Source: Coriobacteriia bacterium (GTDB lineage Bacteria; Actinomycetota; Coriobacteriia; Coriobacteriales; QAMH01). From it: a stretch of 64,000 nucleotides of DNA. The translations under genes were made by a program, and so were the position numbers. The stretch is taken from contig QAMH01000009.1 of NCBI GenBank assembly GCA_003149935.1, forward strand, positions 2,774 to 66,773. The letters are read 5' to 3'. The notes under the pieces were generated by a model. The model was not told the origin of the DNA, did not search any database, and worked only from the letters and a program-made list of their open reading frames with translations. Below are positions 17,791 through 26,700 of this stretch, one piece after another. Numbering within the stretch: position 1 is the first letter of the stretch; each line of letters begins with the position of its first letter.

Positions 17791-18074
17791 TTGCTTGTCC
17801 CTTGAACAACGTGCGCATGATTATTGACGCGAAATTTACCAGCGACCATATTGGCAATAGGCTGTTTTCTAGAACGAAGGTTCTCCCCATCTTCCGCAAC
17901 CAACAAATACTCGCCTTCGTACGAGTAGTCATCTAGATAATCAACAATGCCCTGTGCTCCATAGTATGGATATATTCCAGCTCGCGTTTCGCGCTGCCTT
18001 GCAGAAAGTGGCTCTCTGAGCGAGTCGCAAATCTCAACAACATCTCCCAAGGAAATGTTACATCCCATACCCAA
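17791..18074 (-). pseudogene. hsdS: 5' fragment (~95 codons) of the hsdS gene belonging to the hsdM-hsdR operon, truncated by the IS
   Basis: The start overlaps the hsdM 3' end. The N-terminal TRD sequence ISLGDVVEICDSLREPLSA...YPYYGAQGIVDYLD...FRVNNHAHVVQG runs directly into the IS inverted repeat. Confidence 0.8.
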
Positions 18075-19566
18075 TCGCCTCCAGATTCTTCTTAATCTGT
18101 TCTTGCAAGCGATTGGATTCTTCGAAGCACTTCGCCAACTCGCCGGTCAAGCGTTCCATCTTTTCCTCGAAAGGTTCACCATCATCTTCGACATCGGCGA
18201 TGCCCACATAACGCCCGGGCGTAAGGATGTAATCCTGCTTTGCGATGTCATCGATAGTGGCTATCGCACTGAAGCCCTTTTCTTCTTCAAGCTTGCCCTC
18301 CCTGAAAGCGTCGAATGCTCTGGCGACTCTCGCGATATCCTCATCGGTAAACTCACGCAACCTGCGGCTCACCATCGTGCCCATCTCGCGGGCATCGATG
18401 AAAAGCGTCTCTCCTGGTCGAGACTTTCCCTTCGAAATGATCCAGAGACTAACGGGAATGCCCGTGCTGTAGAAAAGCTTGTCAGGCATGGCTACGATAC
18501 CCTCAACCAAATCGGCATCGACGATGGCTTTTCTGATGTCACCTTCACCGCCCGATTGACTCGATAATGAGCCATTGGCAAGCACCATTCCCATGCGGCC
18601 GCCTTGGGCAAGATGGTGAATCATGTGCTGCACCCATGCGAAGTTCGCATTTCCTTCAGGAGGGGTGCCAAATTCCCATCGCGGATCATTCGCAAGTTCC
18701 TTGCCTCCCCAATCTTTCAAATTGAACGGAGGGTTAGCCAGGATGAAGTCGAAGTCCTCGAACTTGTGAACATCATCAAAGAACGTATCTTTATTCGCTG
18801 GTCCAAGGTTCGCATCAATACCCCTGATGGCAAGGTTCATTGTCGCCATTTTCCAAGTGGTCGGATTGCTCTCCTGACCATAAATAGACAAATCGTCAAT
18901 GTTGCCTTGGTGACGCTTGACGAACTCGGCCGACTGCACGAACATCCCGCCACTTCCACAGCAAGGGTCGTATACGCGCCCATGATAGGGCTCGATAATC
19001 TCGACGAGCGTCTTCACGATACACGCCGGCGTGTAGAATTCGCCAGCGTTCTTTCCCTCGGCTTCGGCAAACTTGCTCAGGCAGTACTCATAAGTTCGAC
19101 CAAGAATATCCCTCGTATCGCCTTTCTCAGCCATTTGAACATTGGTGAAAAGGTCCACCACATCGCCAAGGCGGCGCTTATCCAGTTCTTGCCGGGCAAA
19201 GTTCTTGGGAAGGATATTCTTGAGCTTCGGATTTTCGGCTTCGATTTGGCGCATGGCCTCGTCGATGACTTTGCCAATCTCCGGCTCATGCGCAGCTGCG
19301 GCTATTTCAGACCAGCGAGCGCTTGCGGGGACATAGAAAATGTTTCTATAGCTGTATTCATCTCTGTCTTCCTCAAAACCATCGCCCTCGTCGACAAGCT
19401 CCTGATAGCGTTCGTCAAACTTGTCGGAAATGTATTTCAGGAAGATTAGACCCAAGATAACGCTTTTGTACTCCGAAGCATCTAGGTTGCCGCGAAGCTT
19501 GTCGGCCGCCTTCCAAATTTGCTCCTCGAAACCTATCTCCGCGGTATTCTCGCTCTTTTTTGCCAT
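18058..19566 (-). CDS. hsdM: Type I restriction-modification DNA methyltransferase subunit HsdM
   Basis: HsdM N-terminal domain (LWKAADKLRGNLDASEYKSVILGLIFLKYISD), SAM motif DPCCGSGGM, and catalytic NPPF (ILANPPFNLKDW). Confidence 0.95.
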   Translation of the reverse strand: MAKKSENTAEIGFEEQIWKAADKLRGNLDASEYKSVILGLIFLKYISDKFDERYQELVDEGDGFEEDRDEYSYRNIFYVPASARWSEIAAAAHEPEIGKVIDEAMRQIEAENPKLKNILPKNFARQELDKRRLGDVVDLFTNVQMAEKGDTRDILGRTYEYCLSKFAEAEGKNAGEFYTPACIVKTLVEIIEPYHGRVYDPCCGSGGMFVQSAEFVKRHQGNIDDLSIYGQESNPTTWKMATMNLAIRGIDANLGPANKDTFFDDVHKFEDFDFILANPPFNLKDWGGKELANDPRWEFGTPPEGNANFAWVQHMIHHLAQGGRMGMVLANGSLSSQSGGEGDIRKAIVDADLVEGIVAMPDKLFYSTGIPVSLWIISKGKSRPGETLFIDAREMGTMVSRRLREFTDEDIARVARAFDAFREGKLEEEKGFSAIATIDDIAKQDYILTPGRYVGIADVEDDGEPFEEKMERLTGELAKCFEESNRLQEQIKKNLEAIGYGM

Positions 19567-19574
19567 GCTCGTCC

Positions 19575-22500
19575 TTACTCGTGAATCTTGTTATCAGCCC
19601 AAAGCTCGCACTGGGCCATGACGGTCTCGAGGGCGCCTGCCGCTTCCTCAGGTGGGTACTTGTACTTTTTCAGCAGCCTCTTGATAGCACGCCTCATGCC
19701 CGCTCTCGCACTCTCCTTCTTCTGCCAGTCTATCGTCGCGCTTCTCTGCAACGTATCCGTTAACTCGCGGCTTATCGCGACAAGCTGATCGTTGTCGTAG
19801 AAATCCTTGACGGCCTGTGGTTTGGTGATGGCATCATAGAATGCCATCTCCTCATCGGTAAGTCCCAGCGCCTTGGCGTCGAATCGATCCTGCATCATCT
19901 CGCGTGCCATCTTCAGAAGCTCTTCTATGACTTCGGCATTGGTGAGCATCCCGTTTAGATAGGCGTTGAGTGTTTTTTGGAGCATGTCGCTGAATTTCTC
20001 CGACTTGACGACACTCGTGCGTTGGTATGTCTTCACTTGCTCCTTGATAAGACGCTTCAGACTTTCGAGGGCGACGTTCTTCTGTTTCATGTCTGCGATT
20101 TCGCGTAAAAACGCCTCGTCGAAAAGCGATATCTCGACTTTGTCTTTGTCGAAGAGATTGATGACACCTTCGACTTTAACCGTTTGGTTCATGATCTCGG
20201 TAACGCGCTTGTTGAACTCTGCGTAGCTCATGCCCTTGCCACCGCTGCCATTTCGGCCCTCGATACGCAGAATCTGCACGCGCAGAACAGAGAAAAAGGC
20301 AGCCTCATGCTGATCTTTCTCATCTACGAGGCTTTTGCAAAGGCTCAGGGCCTGATTCATAAGCTGGCACTGCCTGATGAAATCTTCCTTATCATACTCA
20401 CGCTTTGGATTGAGTAGCCAGTCGGTACCATCGGCAATTGCCATCGCAAGATCTGATTTGCTTCCGCTGAATATTTGTGTTTCGTACTTGAAGCCAAACA
20501 GAAGATCCCGGCAAACGCGAAGCTTCTCTTGGAACTTCGGAAGAGCCGTAAGGGCGATGTCCATATCACCGTAATTGGCCTGATCTCGATTCGTATAGTC
20601 CTTCATCGCTCGTTTGAGCGCGTTGGCAATGCCAATGTAGTCGACGACAAGACCACCCTCCTTGCCCTTGCACACACGATTAACGCGCGCAATAGCTTGC
20701 ATGAGGTTATGTCCGGACATGGGTTTGAACACGTACATCGTGGAAAGGCTCGGCACGTCAAATCCGGTAAGCCACATATCGACGACGATGGCAATCTTCA
20801 GAGGATCATCGTCGGTCTTGAACTTTCGTTCCATTTCTTTCTTGTGAGTTGTCCCGCCGCAAACTTCGAACCACTCTTCCGGGTCTTGGTTAGACATCGT
20901 CATCACGACGCCGACTTTCTCTTTCCAATTAGGCCGCAATGCAAGGATCTGATGGTATATCTTCATTGCAATAGGACGGCTATAGGCAACGATGAGTGCC
21001 TTTCCGGCCAGAATATCCTCGCGATTGTTCTCATAATGCTCAACGATGTCCTTACAGAGAGATTCGATGGTTTCCGGCGTGTCGAACAGCGCATCCAATC
21101 CGACATGGTCGCGCTTTGCCTTCTCGACGCTTACCTCATCTGCCTCGGCGGTGAACTCGTTATAGGCGTTATCAAGCTGTTTGAGCGCATCCTCATTGAG
21201 ACTTAGAGCGACAACGCGGCTTTCGTAAAACACCGGTTTGGTGGAATTGTCCTCGACGGACTGTGTCATGTCGTACACATCGATGTAGTCGCCGAATATC
21301 TCGCGAGTGTTCTTATCCTCCGTTGAGATGGGCGTGCCTGTAAAACCAATATAGGAAGCATTGGGAAGCGCCTTTCGCACGACCCTCGCCGCTCCCACGA
21401 TGATGTTTCCCTCGACATCCATGCGCTCAGTGAGTCCATATTGGCCTCGATGTGCTTCATCAACCATGACAACTACGTTTGGTCTGTCGCAAAGAGGCTC
21501 ATCACTGTCGATAAACTTCTGCATGGTGGTGAAGATAATGCCATTTGCTTCGCGCCCCTCAAGTAGCTTCTTCAGGCTCGTCTGATCCTTCGGATTCGCC
21601 TGACTCGTTGCTTGAACAGGTTGCTGGCGCAAGAACTGACTGCATCGGGAGAATTGACCATATAGTTGGTCATCAAGGTCGTTTCTGTCTGTGATAACGA
21701 CAATTGTCGGGCTATCAAGTCGTTCCTGAAGCAAGTGCGCAAGAAAGACCATGGAAAGCGATTTACCGCTCCCCTGCGTATGCCAGAAAACGCCAATCTT
21801 GCCATCACCCTCGACAGCTTCTTCGGTTCTCAAAGCCGCCTTCTTCACAGCGAAATACTGATGATAGGCAGCGAGAATTTTGATTACCTGCCTCGAAGTA
21901 TTGCTAAAGCAAATGAAGTTTTTGACAATATCCAAAAGGCGGTATTTCGACATCATGCCATCGAGCATGGTTTTCCATGTAGCCAATGCGGTTTCGGAAT
22001 AATCTCCGTCAACAGATTTCCAAGCGACGAAGCGGTCTTCGTCAGCTGTAATCGTGCCCACTCTCGTCTCTGCCATATCGCTCATCACGCAGAAGGCGTT
22101 GGGCACAAAAAGGCCCGGAATGTGTTGCATGTAGTTGCGAAGCTGCAGGTATGCCTCGGAAGCATCCGTCTCTTCGCGCGATGGGCTCTTGAGTTCGAAT
22201 ATGACAAGAGGCATTCCGTTGACGAACGCAATGATATCCGGACGCTTCTCCGAATATTCGACGTATGTCCACTGATTTACTACATGGAAGTCGTTGTTCT
22301 CAGGATCGCTGTAATCAATGAGGTAGATGATATCGTCACGTTCCTCTTTGCCATCAAAATAGCGAACCTCAACGCCGTTCTGAAGGTAATCCATGAAGGT
22401 TTCGTTTCTGTGCTGAAGCGAATCGCCCTCAACATTCAAGATCTTCAATATGGCTTCTTGAATCGCGGCCTCTGGTACACCCTTGTTGATGCGAGAAAGC

Positions 22501-22682
22501 GCTCGTGGCAGGACATCCGGAAGAAAAACGTCATCGTATTTATCACTGGTTCTACGAACGTCTGGGCCATGAAGGTAAGTATAGCCGAGCCTATCTCGTA
22601 GGTGTTCAATCACGACGTCCTCGAAGAACTCTTCGTTTATTGGCATCTTGCTGTATGCGTAGTCAACGCCCTTAATCTGCAT
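19575..22682 (-). CDS. hsdR: Type I restriction enzyme endonuclease/translocase subunit HsdR
   Basis: N-terminal PD-(D/E)xK region (PDIIAFVNGMPLVIFELK), helicase motif I (HTQGSGKS), DEAH (VVMVDEAHRGQ), and later SF2 motifs. ATG 22682 is preceded by GAGGAG. The longer track ORF starts at 22733. Confidence 0.95.
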   Translation of the reverse strand: MQIKGVDYAYSKMPINEEFFEDVVIEHLRDRLGYTYLHGPDVRRTSDKYDDVFLPDVLPRALSRINKGVPEAAIQEAILKILNVEGDSLQHRNETFMDYLQNGVEVRYFDGKEERDDIIYLIDYSDPENNDFHVVNQWTYVEYSEKRPDIIAFVNGMPLVIFELKSPSREETDASEAYLQLRNYMQHIPGLFVPNAFCVMSDMAETRVGTITADEDRFVAWKSVDGDYSETALATWKTMLDGMMSKYRLLDIVKNFICFSNTSRQVIKILAAYHQYFAVKKAALRTEEAVEGDGKIGVFWHTQGSGKSLSMVFLAHLLQERLDSPTIVVITDRNDLDDQLYGQFSRCSQFLRQQPVQATSQANPKDQTSLKKLLEGREANGIIFTTMQKFIDSDEPLCDRPNVVVMVDEAHRGQYGLTERMDVEGNIIVGAARVVRKALPNASYIGFTGTPISTEDKNTREIFGDYIDVYDMTQSVEDNSTKPVFYESRVVALSLNEDALKQLDNAYNEFTAEADEVSVEKAKRDHVGLDALFDTPETIESLCKDIVEHYENNREDILAGKALIVAYSRPIAMKIYHQILALRPNWKEKVGVVMTMSNQDPEEWFEVCGGTTHKKEMERKFKTDDDPLKIAIVVDMWLTGFDVPSLSTMYVFKPMSGHNLMQAIARVNRVCKGKEGGLVVDYIGIANALKRAMKDYTNRDQANYGDMDIALTALPKFQEKLRVCRDLLFGFKYETQIFSGSKSDLAMAIADGTDWLLNPKREYDKEDFIRQCQLMNQALSLCKSLVDEKDQHEAAFFSVLRVQILRIEGRNGSGGKGMSYAEFNKRVTEIMNQTVKVEGVINLFDKDKVEISLFDEAFLREIADMKQKNVALESLKRLIKEQVKTYQRTSVVKSEKFSDMLQKTLNAYLNGMLTNAEVIEELLKMAREMMQDRFDAKALGLTDEEMAFYDAITKPQAVKDFYDNDQLVAISRELTDTLQRSATIDWQKKESARAGMRRAIKRLLKKYKYPPEEAAGALETVMAQCELWADNKIHE

Positions 22683-23068
22683 GGTGCTCCTCACGCAACA
22701 ATCCGCTCGAAACAAAGGCGCGTTACAGCGCATTATCGTAATCCGAGAAAATGCTGATATCTTGCGATTATACTTCGTGATTCTACTGCTAGCCGATACG
22801 AACGACTGGTATCAAACTCCAACGCGCGAATGGTGCACTCCGACTACATGCTATGCGACAGGAATAGCCTGCTCCGATGCAGAGAAATGACCGATTGAAA
22901 ATTGCAAATCAGCCCGTATGGACATACGGATGCATCTTCAGTTCTATTAATATACGAATTGGCATGAACTGGATTGCCGCAGGCACTCGAAAGACTGCTG
23001 GTAAAACGCGCGAAACGCAGTCAATATACAGGATAGACGTGCCCTCATCCTTGAATGGTGAATGGATT

Positions 23069-23458
23069 ATGGTAAATCCGAAAGGGAAAATAATTATCGA
23101 ACCAGGGCTGAATATCTGGCCGCACGAACTCAAAACAGCAGAAGCACTAGCCGCCGCTGGTTATACCGTCGAGTTTATTCGTAAAAGCGATGTCGAATAT
23201 GAAAAGACAGCAGACGTGCTAATTGATGGCGTGCAGTGGGAAATGAAAGCGCCTAAATCAGGAAAGACAGATATGATTTTAAAGAACTTGCGTCGTGCGC
23301 TCCATCAATCCTGCTGTGTTGTTTTTGATGCTCGCCGCATGAAGAATTTGCCTAACCAGATAATAGAGCGTGAAGTACGCGCACGCGCCCATGACTTGAA
23401 ATCACTGAGGCATTTAATCTATATCAATCGCTATGGGGAAGTTGTGACAATCAGATAA
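23069..23458 (+). CDS. Small protein with PD-(D/E)xK-like signature (possible restriction-endonuclease-fold nuclease/toxin domain)
   Basis: HELKTAEALAAAGYTVEFIRKS....KTADVLIDGVQWEMKAPKSGK gives the D...E-x-K arrangement. The track ORF begins at 22877, but ATG 23069 (MVNPKGK...) fits the compact domain better. The function is an inference only. Confidence 0.5.
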   Translation: MVNPKGKIIIEPGLNIWPHELKTAEALAAAGYTVEFIRKSDVEYEKTADVLIDGVQWEMKAPKSGKTDMILKNLRRALHQSCCVVFDARRMKNLPNQIIEREVRARAHDLKSLRHLIYINRYGEVVTIR

Positions 23459-23600
23459 CCCGTGTTAGACTACGTAATGTCAAAGCGCTCGAACGGTGCA
23501 TATTGTACCTTCCTCGGGCGCTTTCTTGCTCTCTTGGCACTCGTTGAGCATCCGAAATCCGTTGCACAAGACGTCGTCTTTACTTACTCAAACCAAACCG

Positions 23601-24431
23601 TTACTTCTCCTCACGGCGATACACGCTGTCGAGCGTTTGGTTCTGATCGTTTACCCACTCAATCCAGCCATTCTGACTGCCCCCAAGCACAAAGACAGCA
23701 GCGGCGCTTGGACTCGGGAACTCATAGTCCTCCTCGTGCGTGACGACTTCGTCCGCATTGCCGAAAATCTGCTTGCGTTTCTCATCCACACCGGTATTTT
23801 TCGTTATCGCATGGGTAAGGTCAATCTGGGAACCAGCTAGGACTGTAAACCGACCCGAGTTCTTGTCATATTTACCGATGCCCTTGATGCCATTGCGTCG
23901 TGTATGGAATACCGGGCTAATCTCAGGACCAGCATAAACCCGATCAAGGTCGAGGCCCAAAGCGGCCATCCGGAACAACACGTCATCGTGCAATCTCTCG
24001 ATGTAGTCTTCGGAATATGGGCTCACGTAAGGCTTGGGAACTTCCGAATTCACCGAGCTGTATGAACCATGCTCAAGAATATATGCAATCGCCTTTGCTT
24101 CGAGCCCGTTGAGAGCATCCTGGCTGAGGTTCTGGTTATCTGTCAGGAACATGACGGCTTTGTTCCAGAAGTCTTTCTTCGCCTTATGGTCATCAAGACG
24201 TCTGATGCCCTGCACGGTCTGTCCGGCATACACGCTACTAATCACTCCATGATCTTCATCAAGCAGATAGTAGATGCCGCGCGAGGGAATGTCGGGAAGT
24301 CGCTTGGCTTCAGGGAGCATAGCTCGCGGTATGACAATGGTCATAAGTGATTCGCCCTCGACGCGGCAGATCCGAATGCCCTCCGGATCACTGTTAATGA
24401 GCTGCATGATTATAGTTTTGAGCTTTATCAC
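23601..24431 (-). CDS. GIY-YIG nuclease domain protein with C-terminal DUF4357-like domain
   Basis: GIYYLLDEDHGVISSVYAGQTVQGIRRLDDHKAKKDFW...LEAKAI is GIY-YIG. The C-terminus is FPSPSAAAVFVLGGSQNGWIEW (DUF4357-like). AT-richer sequence. Confidence 0.8.
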   Translation of the reverse strand: MIKLKTIIMQLINSDPEGIRICRVEGESLMTIVIPRAMLPEAKRLPDIPSRGIYYLLDEDHGVISSVYAGQTVQGIRRLDDHKAKKDFWNKAVMFLTDNQNLSQDALNGLEAKAIAYILEHGSYSSVNSEVPKPYVSPYSEDYIERLHDDVLFRMAALGLDLDRVYAGPEISPVFHTRRNGIKGIGKYDKNSGRFTVLAGSQIDLTHAITKNTGVDEKRKQIFGNADEVVTHEEDYEFPSPSAAAVFVLGGSQNGWIEWVNDQNQTLDSVYRREEK

Positions 24432-24463
24432 TTGTTATCCCATCTGTTAAGCAGCCGTTATTG

Positions 24464-25300
24464 CTACATCCCTAAAATCAGCTCGTAGAGCTTGTTTTTG
24501 GGAAGGCCAAGTTCGCGGGCGAGCTGCTTGGCGAGAGCGGATTTTGGTGTGCCAGCGGCGAGCTCGGCGGCGATGCGTTCGTGCAAGGCGGGATCATCAA
24601 GCGAGGCCGCCTGTTGCGCGCGGACATCTGGCGGTGCGATGACCAGGGCAATCTCGCCCTTGACCACATCACGGGTGACGAGGTTTGCAGCAAGTTCGTC
24701 AGCAGGAAGGCGCAATACCTCCTCGTGAAGCTTGGTGAGCTCGCGGCACAGTGCAACCGGACGGGAGCCATATGCCTGTGCGATAGACGCGACGGACGCA
24801 GCGACGCGATGGGGCGATTCGTAAAAGACGAGCGCGGCATCGAGGTTTGCCAGCGATTCGAGAAGCGCGGTGCGCTCGGCCTCCTTACGTGGCAAAAAGC
24901 CTCCGAAATAGAAGGCGTTGTACTTGAATCCCGAGGCAACAAGTGCGGTCGTCACGGCCGACGGCCCCGGCAAGACATCCACCGGCACGCCCGCCTCACG
25001 CGCGGCGTCGACGAGCACACAGCCCGGATCGCTGATGCCCGGCATGCCCGCATCCGAGCAAAACGCCACTGTCTCGCCATCGAGCATGCGGGAGACAAGA
25101 GTGGGAGACTTGGCGGCGATGACGTTCTCGTCGCAGCGCTCGAGACGATTCTCGATACCGAAATGCGCCAGCAATTTGCCGGTCACGCGCGTGTCCTCGG
25201 CACAGACGACATCGGCCTGCTCGAGCGCCTCGAGCGCACGGGCAGTCATGTCGCCCAGGTTGCCCAGCGGCGTGGGCACTATGATCAGCTTTCCGGTCAT
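24464..25300 (-). CDS. rsmI: 16S rRNA (cytidine1402-2'-O)-methyltransferase
   Basis: KLIIVPTPLGNLGDMTARALEALEQADVVCAEDTRVTGKLL... is canonical RsmI. ATG 25300 is preferred, because the track start 25312 is a TTG. Confidence 0.9.
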   Translation of the reverse strand: MTGKLIIVPTPLGNLGDMTARALEALEQADVVCAEDTRVTGKLLAHFGIENRLERCDENVIAAKSPTLVSRMLDGETVAFCSDAGMPGISDPGCVLVDAAREAGVPVDVLPGPSAVTTALVASGFKYNAFYFGGFLPRKEAERTALLESLANLDAALVFYESPHRVAASVASIAQAYGSRPVALCRELTKLHEEVLRLPADELAANLVTRDVVKGEIALVIAPPDVRAQQAASLDDPALHERIAAELAAGTPKSALAKQLARELGLPKNKLYELILGM

Positions 25301-25314
25301 CGTCGCCTGCAAAT

Positions 25315-25351
25315 AAAATGAGACAGTTGCTCAGAGCAACTGTCTCATTTT
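25315..25351 (-). terminator. Rho-independent terminator downstream of gap
   Basis: Perfect 16-bp stem AAAATGAGACAGTTGC / GCAACTGTCTCATTTT with a 5-nt loop, and U-rich on both strands. Confidence 0.7.
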
Positions 25352-25365
25352 CATGGATTCGGCAC

Positions 25366-26370
25366 TTATGCCACCAGGAACTTGGCAAGGTCAATGCAGC
25401 GTGCGGAATAGCCCATCTCGTTGTCGTACCAGGAAATGCACTTCACGAAGTTACCCTCGCCGCCAAGCACCTTGGTGAGCCTGGAGTCGAAAATCGAGGA
25501 ATGCAGGTCGCCGATGATGTCGCAGCTGACGATGGGGTCGACACAGTACTCGAGAATGCCCTTCATGGGGCCTTCGGCAGCGGTCTTCATGGCGGCGTTG
25601 ATCTCGTCGACGGTCACGTCGCGCTCGAGCTCGGCCGTGAGGTCGACCATCGAACCCGTCGGGGTGGGAACGCGGGTCGCGAAGCCGTCGAGCTTGCCTT
25701 GCAGGCTGGGAAGCACCAGGCCGACAGCCTTGGCGGCACCGGTGGAGGTGGGAATCATGGAAAGCGCAGCAGCACGCGAGCGACGGAAATCCTTGTGGTG
25801 CACATCGAGGATCTTCTGGTCGTTGGTGTATGCGTGAATGGTGTTCATCAAACCACGCTTGATGCCAAAGGAATCATTGAGGACCTTGGCAAACGGCGCA
25901 AGGCAGTTGGTGGTGCACGACGCATTGGAGACGATGTTCATCGTCGCCGGATCATAGATGTCCTGGTTGACACCCATAACGATGGTGGCGTCCACGTCCG
26001 TACCCGGAGCGGAGATGACGACCTTCTTGGCGCCGTTATCGAGATGCACCTGGCAGGCTTCGCCGGTCTTGAGGCGACCCGTGGACTCGATGACGACCTC
26101 TGCGCCAACGGAAGCCCAGTCGAGCTCCTTGGGTTCGCGCGTCTGGAACGCCTTGATCTCGTGACCTTCGACGACGAGCGCGCCCTCCTTGGCGTAGCAC
26201 TCCTCGAAGACACGGCCCTGGCTGGAATCGTACTTGGTCAGATACGCCGCGCACTCGAGATCGCTCGGGTTGTTGATGGCGACGACTTCGACGTCCGGAT
26301 CAAGCTCTGCAAGACGGAAGACCAGACGACCGATGCGGCCAAAGCCATTGATGCCGATTTTGAGAGACAT
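25366..26370 (-). CDS. gap: Glyceraldehyde-3-phosphate dehydrogenase
   Basis: KIGINGFGRIGRLVFR...SNASCTTNCLAP...WYDNEMGYS is canonical GAPDH. Confidence 0.97.
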   Translation of the reverse strand: MSLKIGINGFGRIGRLVFRLAELDPDVEVVAINNPSDLECAAYLTKYDSSQGRVFEECYAKEGALVVEGHEIKAFQTREPKELDWASVGAEVVIESTGRLKTGEACQVHLDNGAKKVVISAPGTDVDATIVMGVNQDIYDPATMNIVSNASCTTNCLAPFAKVLNDSFGIKRGLMNTIHAYTNDQKILDVHHKDFRRSRAAALSMIPTSTGAAKAVGLVLPSLQGKLDGFATRVPTPTGSMVDLTAELERDVTVDEINAAMKTAAEGPMKGILEYCVDPIVSCDIIGDLHSSIFDSRLTKVLGGEGNFVKCISWYDNEMGYSARCIDLAKFLVA

Positions 26371-26469
26371 TCCAGATTCACCTTCCCTGAAAGGTTACAT
26401 AACGACATAAGTATAGCGGTGCTACTTTGGTCTCGCCGCAATCGTTCGGCAGGCGGGATAAATGTTGAG

Positions 26470-26700
26470 CGCGCAAAAAGCCCGGAAGTCTAGGATGCCA
26501 CGAATTCATATGCGCATTTTCTGCGAGAGTCTAGGGTTTGCAGCCCTTTGCAGGAGCAAACTCCTAGACATCCGCAAGAAATGCGCATTCTCACATGCGC
26601 AATCCTAGACTTCCGGGCTTTTTGCGCACGATTCGCTCTGGCAACTCGAATGGCCACTGCAAATCCTAGACTTTGGCGATTTCTGCGCATTGAGTCCTAG
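26470..26700. repeat. Cluster of five 25-bp TGCGCA..GTCTAGG units (2 forward, 3 reverse; 41-bp spacing) forming a ~160-bp nested palindrome
   Basis: Units lie at 26470-26494, 26511-26535 (forward) and 26563-26587, 26604-26628, 26665-26689 (reverse). Unit 1 and unit 4 are 24/25 reverse complements. A central small hairpin spans 26536-26562. Confidence 0.8.
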
